Shown in pieces: positions 55,794 to 64,000 of a DNA stretch of 64,000 nucleotides. A program made the translations under genes and the position numbers. The stretch lies in NCBI GenBank assembly GCA_027622665.1, contig JAQBYT010000015.1:13327-77326 (forward strand), given 5' to 3'. Position 1 is the stretch's first letter, and each line of letters opens with the position of its first letter. The stretch is from Verrucomicrobiota bacterium (GTDB lineage Bacteria > Verrucomicrobiota > Verrucomicrobiia > Opitutales > Seribacteraceae). The notes beneath the pieces were generated by a model. That model saw nothing but the letters and a program-made list of their open reading frames with translations. It was not told the origin of the DNA and did no database searches.

Positions 55794-56045
55794 TTAGTTC
55801 CGTAAAGCGAGACTGCAGCTTGGAGAACTGTTTAAGACTTCCCATGCGCTCTTCCAGCGGTTCCATCTGGAAATGTGCACGTCATGGAGATCCAATCGGT
55901 TCTTGTTGCAGGCGTAACAGAACATATCTGAAGCTTCATTACGATCGTGAGCGAGGAAGTACTTGTCTGCCGACCCGAGGTCATCGCCCAGATGAAAATG
56001 AAACTTGTACTCGAAGAGTTCGGTTTCCTTGTTTTTCATTTTCAT
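55794..56045 (-). CDS. Small hypothetical protein (83 aa)
   Basis: MKMKNKETELFEYKFHFHLGDD.... The 155-aa track version (to 56261) would overlap the next gene's start, so the shorter start is chosen. Low GC. No family recognised. Confidence 0.4.
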   Translation of the reverse strand: MKMKNKETELFEYKFHFHLGDDLGSADKYFLAHDRNEASDMFCYACNKNRLDLHDVHISRWNRWKSAWEVLNSSPSCSLALRN

Positions 56046-56216
56046 GGTATTACGCTTAAATATTATATGCTTGAAAGGCATGAAATGCAAACGCCTCGAC
56101 TTTCTAAATGGGGCAAACTGATTGGAAAGTTTGTTGCCTTGGCGTAGGGGTTGCCCTAGCGAAAGTAACTCTGCTCCATTAATCATGATGATTTTACAGC
56201 TAATTCTAGACTGACC

Positions 56217-57329
56217 ATGAAACAATCTGACTCTTCCCTTAATCGCCGCTCTTTTCTCCAAAACGCCGCTATCGCCACGGGCTTAATCTCCGCTTCGGTC
56301 CCCGTTCGCCTTTTGGGCAAACCAAGTCCGGCTCCTTCGACTAAAGTGAAGCTTGGTTTCGACAACTTTTCCATTCGAGCCTTGGGATGGAAGGCTCCTC
56401 GACTTCTGGAATACGGAAACAAGCAGAAGGTGGACACCATTTTGTTTTCCGACTTGGACGTGTTCGAAAGTCACGATACCGGTTACCTGAAGGAGATCAA
56501 GCAACAGGCGGACAAGTTCGGGATCGCCATTCACGCCGGCACCGGGGGCATATGTCCCACCTCTCCAAAATTCATCGATAAGTACGGTTCTGCGGAAGAT
56601 CACCTCAAGCATCTTCTGAAAGTGGCCAAAGCCTTAGGTTCGCCCGTGGCTCGTTGTTACCTCGGCAGCATGGAAGACCGTAAGGGGCCCGGAGGTATTC
56701 AAAAGCATATCGAAAGCACGATTCAGGTTTGCAAAAACGTTCGCAAGCATGCCCTCGATGCCGGAGTCAAGATCGCCATAGAGAACCATGCGGGCGACAT
56801 GCATAGTCGTGAGCTTGCCGACCTGATCGAGCGGGCAGGTCCTGAATACGTCGGTGCCACGCTAGATTCGGGTAACGCCACCTGGACCATGGAAGACCCT
56901 CTCGACACCCTCGAAAATCTCGCCCCGTATGCGGTTTCCAGTGGCATCCGCGATTCGATGATATGGGAAATCGATAATGGCGCATCGGTGCAATGGACCG
57001 CCATGGGCGAAGGTTGCGTGGACATGAAGGCTTTTGCCAAAAGATGGGCGGAGCTTTGCCCTCAAGTTCCCGTTCAGCTAGAAATCATATCCGGATTCTC
57101 CAAGCCGTTCCCCTACTTGGAAAAGGATTTCTGGAAACCCTACGAATCTATCGGTGCGGATGGTTTCGCTGGATTCGTCGGGTTAGCGAAAGCGGGAACT
57201 CCCATGGAGTCCTTCAAGGTTCCGAAGGGTGCCGATCGAAAGAAGGCTCAACAAGATTATCAAATCGCGGAGCTGGAACGTAGCATAAAGTATTCAAAGG
57301 AAACTCTTGGTTTAGGCGCGAGAAGTTGA
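56217..57329 (+). CDS. Tat-exported sugar phosphate isomerase/epimerase (xylose isomerase-like TIM barrel)
   Basis: LNRRSFLQNAAIATGL twin-arginine signal. AIENHAGD motif. Confidence 0.88.
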   Translation: MKQSDSSLNRRSFLQNAAIATGLISASVPVRLLGKPSPAPSTKVKLGFDNFSIRALGWKAPRLLEYGNKQKVDTILFSDLDVFESHDTGYLKEIKQQADKFGIAIHAGTGGICPTSPKFIDKYGSAEDHLKHLLKVAKALGSPVARCYLGSMEDRKGPGGIQKHIESTIQVCKNVRKHALDAGVKIAIENHAGDMHSRELADLIERAGPEYVGATLDSGNATWTMEDPLDTLENLAPYAVSSGIRDSMIWEIDNGASVQWTAMGEGCVDMKAFAKRWAELCPQVPVQLEIISGFSKPFPYLEKDFWKPYESIGADGFAGFVGLAKAGTPMESFKVPKGADRKKAQQDYQIAELERSIKYSKETLGLGARS

Positions 57330-57360
57330 CCCGCTTTAGTTTCGAAGAAAAACAAATCAA

Positions 57361-58395
57361 ATGAAGAAGTACATTTTCTTTTTCGCAGTCAACTGCCTTG
57401 CCTTTCTATCGTCTGCAGGACTTGCCGTTGGCGATTCCGTGCCGAAAGCTCTTTCGGTTCGAATCGATAAGGTGATCAAGAAAGCGCATGCCCGTCCGCT
57501 TCGTAGCGACGTGAACACCCCTTGGGTCGTGATGCATGCGGTGGTGGCCTTTGAGCACGACTTGGAGGTTTTCGACGTTGAGTCTGACCGGAAGCTAAAT
57601 GCCATCGACTATCTTACCCACCACGCCAAGTTCGAAGGCAAACTGATTTATCAAGACGTCAAAGGTGTGCCTACCTTGAAGACCCGGGGCAAAGGGGATA
57701 AGTCCTTCCTCATTCAGGATCACGTGGATCAGTTCTTGTTTGCCTATGCCGATGCGGGTGTGAAGTTGGATCGTGAAATCGTTTCACGCACGGGAAGGAA
57801 ATTCACGGTGCAGGACAAGTTGGACTTCGCCAAGAAGGGCTTTCGCGAGGATCAGGAACTTGGCTGGACCCTGGTCGCTGTCTCGACCTATGTTCCTTTT
57901 GACGAGGAATGGAAGACCGATACGGGTAAGAAATATCGAGTCGAGGATGTCATGCGTTTGGCCATTCAACGTGATCCGCGACGTGAAACGGAGGGTGGTC
58001 CGCACCATTTGTACGGGGTCGCCTACGCTCTTCGGAAATATCTAGACCAAGGCGGCAAGCTCGTCGGAGTATGGAAAGATGCGAAGAAATATTTGGATAA
58101 ATACGTCGCTATCACGAAGGACTACCAACAGAAAGACGGAGCCTTTTCCGCCGCCGTGTTTTTTCGCTCTGCAAGACCGCGTACTCCTCGTCAGCTAATC
58201 AGCTCCACCGGGCACGCTCTCGAATGGATGAGCGTTGCACTCTCGCCCGATGAGTTGACGCAGGACTGGGTGCTCAAGGCGATTAACCGGATGGTGACTG
58301 ATTTGGAAAAGTTTCCCACTGAGGTGTTCAGCGATGGTGGGTTGTACCATGCCGCACATGCTCTTCGCAGGTTCCGCGAAGCCACCGGCGGATAA
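57361..58395 (+). CDS. Secreted hypothetical protein
   Basis: 344 aa. Signal peptide MKKYIFFFAVNCLAFLSSAGLA. No family recognised with confidence. Confidence 0.7.
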   Translation: MKKYIFFFAVNCLAFLSSAGLAVGDSVPKALSVRIDKVIKKAHARPLRSDVNTPWVVMHAVVAFEHDLEVFDVESDRKLNAIDYLTHHAKFEGKLIYQDVKGVPTLKTRGKGDKSFLIQDHVDQFLFAYADAGVKLDREIVSRTGRKFTVQDKLDFAKKGFREDQELGWTLVAVSTYVPFDEEWKTDTGKKYRVEDVMRLAIQRDPRRETEGGPHHLYGVAYALRKYLDQGGKLVGVWKDAKKYLDKYVAITKDYQQKDGAFSAAVFFRSARPRTPRQLISSTGHALEWMSVALSPDELTQDWVLKAINRMVTDLEKFPTEVFSDGGLYHAAHALRRFREATGG

Positions 58396-58422
58396 ATCGA
58401 ACCTATCTAAACCAGCCCACTT

Positions 58423-59679
58423 ATGGAGAATAAGCATAAACGCATTTTTCCGATTCTGGTTGCCCTCTCTCTCTGGAGCGTAACCGCTGCCAGAGAACTT
58501 CCCGTTGCCAAACCGGAAGAGGTCGGGATGTCCTCGGCTAAGTTGGGAAAGGTCGACGATGTCTTGAAGGGCTTTATTGCGGAGAAGAAGCTTGCCGGAT
58601 GCATTGTGGCAATCGCTCGAAAGGGAAAGATCGTCCACTTCGGAACCTACGGCAAGATGGACGTGGAACGCGACAAGCCCATGACCCCGGGTTCGATCTT
58701 CCGCATCTATTCGATGAGCAAGGCGATCACCACTGCCGCCGCGCTTCTCCTGTTTGATGAGGGCAAGTACGACTTGGACGACCCTGTGTCGAAATACATT
58801 CCCGAATTCGAGGAACTTTCGGTTTGGAGAGAAGGTCAGGCGGAACCCGCCAAGCGACAAATGACCGTTCGCGACTTGATGCGTCACACCTCGGGGTTGT
58901 CCTATGGGTTTGTGGGAAACAGCGCGGTGGAAAAACGTTACAAGAAGGACAAGCCGATTGATCGGGCGGGCGATCTTCCCACCATGATAACAAAGTTGAG
59001 TGGCATTCCCCTCGCCTTCGAGCCGGGAACCAAGTGGCAATACAGCGTATCCATTGATGTTCTCGGTCGCCTCATCGAAATCTGGTCGGGAAAAAAGTTC
59101 GAGGACTTTCTTGCCGAACGCATTTGCAAACCCCTCGACATGAAGGATACCGCGTTTGACGTCCCTAAGGGGAAGGTCGATAGATTTACTGCCAATTACG
59201 CTCCAAACGGATCGGGCGAACTTCGCCTTATCGATGATCCCGCCCAGAGTCGTTACCTGACTCCCGCCGGACTCGCTTCCGGAGGCGGTGGTCTAGTTTC
59301 CACTACGCGCGACTACCTGCGGTTTCTGCAGATGGTGCTTAATGGCGGGGAACTCCATGGAACGCGCATTCTTAAGAAGAAGACAGTTCGCCTGATGACT
59401 CGAAACCAACTTCCCAAGAAGATTATGCCCATTCGAATAGGACCAATCCCGAGAGTGGGTGTGGGTTTTGGCCTTGGCTTTTCGACTCGCGTTTCAATGG
59501 GACCATGGGATCCGGGCGGAAGGGTCGGCGAGTTCGGTTGGGGCGGTGCCGCCAGCACGCACTATTGGGTTTCGCCAAAGGACGAACTCGTCGTGGTGAC
59601 CATGGAGCAGATCATGCCGTACAGCTTTATGACCGAGTGGGCCGTCAAGAAGCTCATCTACGATGCAATCGAGAAATAG
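58423..59679 (+). CDS. Serine hydrolase, beta-lactamase/PBP4* (class C-like) family
   Basis: 418 aa. Signal peptide. Active-site SxxK in FRIYSMSKAITTAAALLL. GGGGLVST, GWGGAAST. Confidence 0.9.
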   Translation: MENKHKRIFPILVALSLWSVTAARELPVAKPEEVGMSSAKLGKVDDVLKGFIAEKKLAGCIVAIARKGKIVHFGTYGKMDVERDKPMTPGSIFRIYSMSKAITTAAALLLFDEGKYDLDDPVSKYIPEFEELSVWREGQAEPAKRQMTVRDLMRHTSGLSYGFVGNSAVEKRYKKDKPIDRAGDLPTMITKLSGIPLAFEPGTKWQYSVSIDVLGRLIEIWSGKKFEDFLAERICKPLDMKDTAFDVPKGKVDRFTANYAPNGSGELRLIDDPAQSRYLTPAGLASGGGGLVSTTRDYLRFLQMVLNGGELHGTRILKKKTVRLMTRNQLPKKIMPIRIGPIPRVGVGFGLGFSTRVSMGPWDPGGRVGEFGWGGAASTHYWVSPKDELVVVTMEQIMPYSFMTEWAVKKLIYDAIEK

Positions 59680-59686
59680 AACAAAC

Positions 59687-60325
59687 CTAAGCGTCGTCGA
59701 GCGACTCACCTTCCGGAAGGTGGCTCACGTCGCCCCAGTGGAGCAGACTCCAACCTCCATCTTTCTTTTCGATCACGTTCACCGAGCAATTTAGCAACGC
59801 ATATCTGCGAGGGGAATCCAATGAAAGTCCGATGACATGTCGGAATATAGCTCCGAGTACGCCTCCATGGGTGACGACGAGTATGCTTTTTCCCGAGTGC
59901 CGAATCGAAAACTCTTCGATCGCGTTCACGCATCGTTCATTGAATTGTCGAAAGCTCTCCCCTTCTGGAATTAGATAGTCGGGCCCATTGTTACGAAAGG
60001 ATTCGTACACGTCGGGGCACTGGTCAAGCATCTCGGCCGTGGTAAACCCTTGCATGATGCCGAGGCCGCGCTCGCGTAGTCTTTCGTCGATTTCGAAGTC
60101 CATTGCCGATGGATCGGCAATCAATTTGGAGGTGTGGACGGCCCGACCCAAGTCACTCGTGTAGCAAGCATCGAAAGTTGCGTCTCTAAATCGTTCTCCC
60201 AAGGCTCTAGCTTGAGTTTGTCCATGAATTGTGAGTGGGGCGTCGGCATGACCCTGCCATCGTCCCGAAACGTTCCATTCCGTTTCGCCATGACGAACAA
60301 GAGTAATTCGTGTGACTTGACTCAT
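59687..60325 (-). CDS. Histidine phosphatase (phosphoglycerate mutase-like) family protein
   Basis: 212 aa. ITLVRHGETEWN, ILVVTHGGVL. Confidence 0.9.
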   Translation of the reverse strand: MSQVTRITLVRHGETEWNVSGRWQGHADAPLTIHGQTQARALGERFRDATFDACYTSDLGRAVHTSKLIADPSAMDFEIDERLRERGLGIMQGFTTAEMLDQCPDVYESFRNNGPDYLIPEGESFRQFNERCVNAIEEFSIRHSGKSILVVTHGGVLGAIFRHVIGLSLDSPRRYALLNCSVNVIEKKDGGWSLLHWGDVSHLPEGESLDDA

Positions 60326-60430
60326 AAGGACTAAGAAGTCTTAAAGATGCTTTCGCGTATCGTCACTTCCAAAAACACTATCCTTAAAAGAGTCTTTGAT
60401 TCTTGGTATGACTTTCGGTAACCTGCCTGA

Positions 60431-61768
60431 ATGATTCCCCAGGACATCATTGCTCTGAAACGTGACGGCGAGCCCATTCCCGCGGCAGACCTTCGAGCAT
60501 TCGTTCTCGATTACGCACGTGGAGATGTCCCCGACTACCAGATGGCAGCCTTCGCCATGGCGACTTGCGTCAATGGCATGAGTTTCGAGGAAATCTCCGC
60601 TTTGACGCAAGCCATGATGGACTCCGGCGAAACACTCGATTTCGGCGATCTCTCTCGTATTGCGGTCGACAAGCATTCCACCGGAGGAATAGGCGACAAG
60701 GTCTCGCTCGTACTGGCTCCCTTGGCGGCCGCCTGTGGGGTTGTGGTTCCGATGATTTCTGGACGAGGACTTGGTTTGACGGGTGGAACCTTGGACAAAT
60801 TGGAAAGTATTCCCGGCTATCGGACTGACCTTTCCAGTGCCGAGTTCCGACAAGTCGTGAATGACTGTGGTTGCGCGATTACCGGACAGACGGATCGTTT
60901 GGCTCCTGCCGACAAAAAGCTTTATGCCCTTCGAGACGTCACCGGCACCGTGCCTTCCATTCCCCTTATTACGGCCAGTATTTTATGCAAAAAGCTGGCT
61001 GCAGGCGTTCAATGTCTCGTTCTCGACGTGAAGTGCGGATCGGGTTCCTTTATGAAAACTGAGGCCGAGGCTCGCGAACTGGCCGAGACCATGGTTGAGG
61101 TGGGCACCCGTTCAGGTTGCCGAGTGGAAGCACTCGTGACCGAGATGAACCGACCCTTGGGCCGTACGGTAGGGAATGCGCTCGAGGTCGCCGAAGTCGT
61201 ACGAACCCTTCGAGGCGAGGGTCCCTCCGACCTCGTCGAGATCACCTTTGCTCTCGGAGCGCGGATGCTTGCCATGGCCGATGTCGGAACTGATGATGAA
61301 GAGCGGCGGGCCCTTCTCGCAAATGCCCTCTACTCCGGCCGAGCCTTCGATGTCTTTCTCAAGATGGTCGAATTACAGGGAGGAGATCCCACTTTCGTCG
61401 AATCCCCGGAGAAACTTCCTTCCGCTGCAACCGTTGAAAGCCTTTCCTCCCCAACCTCCGGTTACGTAACTGGCGTGGATGCCGCCAAAGTGGGTCGAGC
61501 CGCCTTCATCCTCGGGGCAGGTCGTACGCGAAGGGAAGACAACGTAGATTTCGCCGTAGGCGTGAGCGACCTCAAGCAGGTCGGTGAACCCGTCGCGAAA
61601 GGCGACTCTCTGGCCAGCATCCACGCGAATGCGACTGAGCACCTAGAGGAAGCCCGTGTCTTGCTTGGTTCCTCCTTTCTGATCGATAGCTCTCGTTCTG
61701 AGCCTGCAGCTTTGATTAAGGAGAAAATAACGAATTTGAATCTTTCCTTCGACAGCTTTTCTGCCTGA
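60431..61768 (+). CDS. Thymidine / pyrimidine-nucleoside phosphorylase
   Basis: 445 aa. IIALKRDGEPI, DYQMAAFAMA, DKHSTGGIGDKVSL, SGRGLGLTGGTLDKLESIPG. Confidence 0.94.
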   Translation: MIPQDIIALKRDGEPIPAADLRAFVLDYARGDVPDYQMAAFAMATCVNGMSFEEISALTQAMMDSGETLDFGDLSRIAVDKHSTGGIGDKVSLVLAPLAAACGVVVPMISGRGLGLTGGTLDKLESIPGYRTDLSSAEFRQVVNDCGCAITGQTDRLAPADKKLYALRDVTGTVPSIPLITASILCKKLAAGVQCLVLDVKCGSGSFMKTEAEARELAETMVEVGTRSGCRVEALVTEMNRPLGRTVGNALEVAEVVRTLRGEGPSDLVEITFALGARMLAMADVGTDDEERRALLANALYSGRAFDVFLKMVELQGGDPTFVESPEKLPSAATVESLSSPTSGYVTGVDAAKVGRAAFILGAGRTRREDNVDFAVGVSDLKQVGEPVAKGDSLASIHANATEHLEEARVLLGSSFLIDSSRSEPAALIKEKITNLNLSFDSFSA

Positions 61769-61822
61769 ATCTTTATAAGCGAAGCAATTCTTGCCTGCGG
61801 TCGCGAAAGCTTTATTTCTTCA

Positions 61823-62926
61823 ATGAAACAACCCGCCAAAATAATGAAAAACGTCATCGTCACTTCCGTGCTTTGCCTGTCCTTCTCTCCTCTGCTAGAA
61901 AGCGTTTTCGCAAATAAAGTTCCCACTCCGGAGCGCCTCCGGATCAACAAAGTCCCGCCTCCCGGACGCGGCCCAATACGGGTTCGACCTGTCCCCGGTG
62001 GTCATGCGCCGGCCAAGGTTCCCGCCCCTTGGTCCAGCCATCAGCATGTGTTCGTGGGCACTCTCGATAAAGTGGTCGCGGGGCCGGTTGGCCGGTCGTT
62101 TCCCCCAATGTTCACGCACAAGTTGAGCTTCACGGTAAAGGAATCCATTCGTGGTGATCTCAAACCCGGCGGCAAGGTGGAGATTTCCCATGTCGCTCGT
62201 CAACGCGTGGCCCCCGTCTTTCCGGATGGCGAGACCTGCGTCGTCGGAGCGGAGAAGAGTCGCGGTGGTTTTCAAGCCAAGGTCGTACAGAAGCTTGATC
62301 CGGCTGAAATCGCCTCTGTTCGCCTTGCCTGCGCCCTGCCCTTGGGATGGAGCGGCGAAAAAGGTGAAGTTCGCTCCCCGTGGATTAGCCTCAAGGCCAA
62401 GTGGCCCTCCAACCTAAAGGAAGGGGCCAAGCATTTCTGTGCTGTCACGGGAAGACCTGCACTTGGTTTCGGCATAGGTGCTACTTTCGCGGTTGAGAAG
62501 GTTCCGCCTGAAGTAGAAGTAAAGTGGACGAACCCGGATGGTGACGGAGAGTATCGTTTGACGGTTGCAAATGCCGGTGAGAAGCCGGTTGTCATTCCTG
62601 CTCTAAGAAAGCTTGGCGGAAAAGTTCTATGGAATGAAAGCGTTGTGATTCTCTGCCAAGGCAAGACCTACACCTCGCCCGGGGCAAAAGGCCTGTCAGT
62701 GGTCACCTCGCCCGTGACTTTGAAACCCGGTCGAAAGTTGTCCGGCATAATCAACCCTCTGGCTCTGGAGGGACCCGAATGGCCCAAGGGGGGCTACCGC
62801 ATTTCCTTCCAGATTTGTCTAGGCGAAAGAAGCAGCACCCAGTCCTTCTACTATATGTCCCGCCACCACGACGGCATTCGAGCCAAACTTAAGAAGGGAG
62901 AGCCGATTCGTTCCCAAGGAGACTAA
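61823..62926 (+). CDS. Secreted hypothetical protein
   Basis: 367 aa. Hydrophobic N-terminus (the start could be the Met at 61844). Pro-rich segment followed by beta-rich sequence. No family recognised. Confidence 0.65.
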   Translation: MKQPAKIMKNVIVTSVLCLSFSPLLESVFANKVPTPERLRINKVPPPGRGPIRVRPVPGGHAPAKVPAPWSSHQHVFVGTLDKVVAGPVGRSFPPMFTHKLSFTVKESIRGDLKPGGKVEISHVARQRVAPVFPDGETCVVGAEKSRGGFQAKVVQKLDPAEIASVRLACALPLGWSGEKGEVRSPWISLKAKWPSNLKEGAKHFCAVTGRPALGFGIGATFAVEKVPPEVEVKWTNPDGDGEYRLTVANAGEKPVVIPALRKLGGKVLWNESVVILCQGKTYTSPGAKGLSVVTSPVTLKPGRKLSGIINPLALEGPEWPKGGYRISFQICLGERSSTQSFYYMSRHHDGIRAKLKKGEPIRSQGD

Positions 62927-62995
62927 ATTAATTCCCTCAACAGGGTTACGTTTTCATCCAATATCTTTCTTTCTGCACGCATCTAGCCCATTCCC

Positions 62996-64000
62996 ATGAA
63001 ATCCTTTTTCTTTCCTTTCTGTTCTTTGCTTCTCCTTGTCAATGTCTCGTGGAGTAAGCCCGAGGCACTTGAAATTTCCTTGGATAAGGTCAAACTGTTG
63101 CCGGGAGGCAAGGAGGCGGACGGCATCGTCGGTGACTTCTTAATTCGAAACGACAGAATCGAGGCTGTGATAGCTCATGCAACCCCACTGCGAAAGGCCA
63201 ACATGGGAACTTTTTGGGGTGCTGAAAACGTAACTCCCGGATGCCTATACGATCTTACGCTTCGAGGTGCAGCCAATGACCAGATCACTGTTTTTTCCCC
63301 TTCTCGCCAGCAGGGAAAGGTTTCCTATGTTCGGATTTCGAAAGACGGTTCCGATGGCGAAGCAATCGTTGAGGTTGTCGTCACCTCGACAGTCTCAGGA
63401 GCATTGTTCAAGAGGCACGAATACATTCTGAAAGACGGTTGGCAAGGTGTCCTGATTCGATCTACGATTCGAAATGAGGGGGATAAACTGGTCGATGGTC
63501 CGGTCACGGACAAGTGGACCAACTTCCGATCCCGAGGGAAAATCGGCTCCATTGAATGGGCCGACAGCATTGATCCCGCAGACAAGGCAGGATATGCCTA
63601 TGCTTGGCTACCCGGAAAAGACGGGGCAATTCCTCCTGGCACTGCACGCTTGAAGCCGGGAGATGAAATTAGAATTGAACGATTTCTTGCAGTTGGTCGA
63701 TCGCCGGCTGAGGCTGTGGGCTTAGTTGCGAATCAGCTTGAGCTAAAGACTGGCGAACTCTCGGTTCAATTAAAAGAGAACGATGGCGGACCTGTTTCGA
63801 CAGGGCGTCTGGAGATTTCGACCGGAGGTCAAGTCATTCCTGCCTATCCGGACGACGATGGTCGTATTCGCCTCCTTCTTCCTCAGGGCAAAGCTTCTGT
63901 GATCTTCGTCGACCATGGCCGAATGTCTATGGAGCGAGACTTCACCGTAGGCGCGAAGAATGTCGAGTTGACTTTAGAGCTTGAGCCTCGTTCAGGCATC
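62996..64000 (+). CDS. Secreted hypothetical protein, 5' partial (continues past the window end)
   Basis: Not in the ORF track because there is no stop in the window. The ATG at 62996 gives MKSFFFPFCSLLLLVNVSWSKPEALEISLDKVKLLPGG.... I read 335 codons to position 64000 without a stop. Confidence 0.7.
   Translation, partial: MKSFFFPFCSLLLLVNVSWSKPEALEISLDKVKLLPGGKEADGIVGDFLIRNDRIEAVIAHATPLRKANMGTFWGAENVTPGCLYDLTLRGAANDQITVFSPSRQQGKVSYVRISKDGSDGEAIVEVVVTSTVSGALFKRHEYILKDGWQGVLIRSTIRNEGDKLVDGPVTDKWTNFRSRGKIGSIEWADSIDPADKAGYAYAWLPGKDGAIPPGTARLKPGDEIRIERFLAVGRSPAEAVGLVANQLELKTGELSVQLKENDGGPVSTGRLEISTGGQVIPAYPDDDGRIRLLLPQGKASVIFVDHGRMSMERDFTVGAKNVELTLELEPRSGI

Overview
The window looks like a chromosomal segment from a PVC-superphylum bacterium. 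I suspect Verrucomicrobiota, but Planctomycetota cannot be excluded. The evidence is the DUF1549/DUF1553 + DUF1501 + planctomycete-cytochrome-C genes, Tat-signal sugar-phosphate isomerase, many secreted orphan genes and weak Shine-Dalgarno usage. About 90% of the window is coding.

The backbone is housekeeping:
- A co-directional minus-strand block nusA-infB-rbfA-dnaK-groES-groEL.
- leuB, alaS, ilvB, recQ, sufS, tgt and a thymidine/pyrimidine-nucleoside phosphorylase.

Interspersed accessory content:
1. An ECF sigma / vWA-type anti-sigma pair, followed by a giant ORF (>1,505 aa). The supplied ORF track misses this ORF because it runs off the left edge.
2. An M23 peptidase / degenerate metzincin-like / LamG gene that appears split by a +1 frameshift.
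3. A cluster of seven copies of a GTCATTGCGAG...GGCAATCCAG palindromic repeat downstream of ilvB, including three 58-bp tandem units and two long hairpin elements. A coding-like gene remnant lies beside it.
4. An octaheme cytochrome c-TPR fusion.
5. A RecQ-HRDC-DUF488 fusion.
6. A TonB-dependent receptor.
7. A three-gene DUF1549/1553 - DUF1501 - 2xPSCyt1/LRR module carrying a Met-rich/YHS-like insertion.
8. A low-GC RHH-PAS mini-regulator with palindromes at its start codon.

I found no rRNA, tRNA, CRISPR array, transposase or integrase. Two partial CDSs lie at the window edges. All functional calls rest on motif recognition in the translated ORFs, with no database search.
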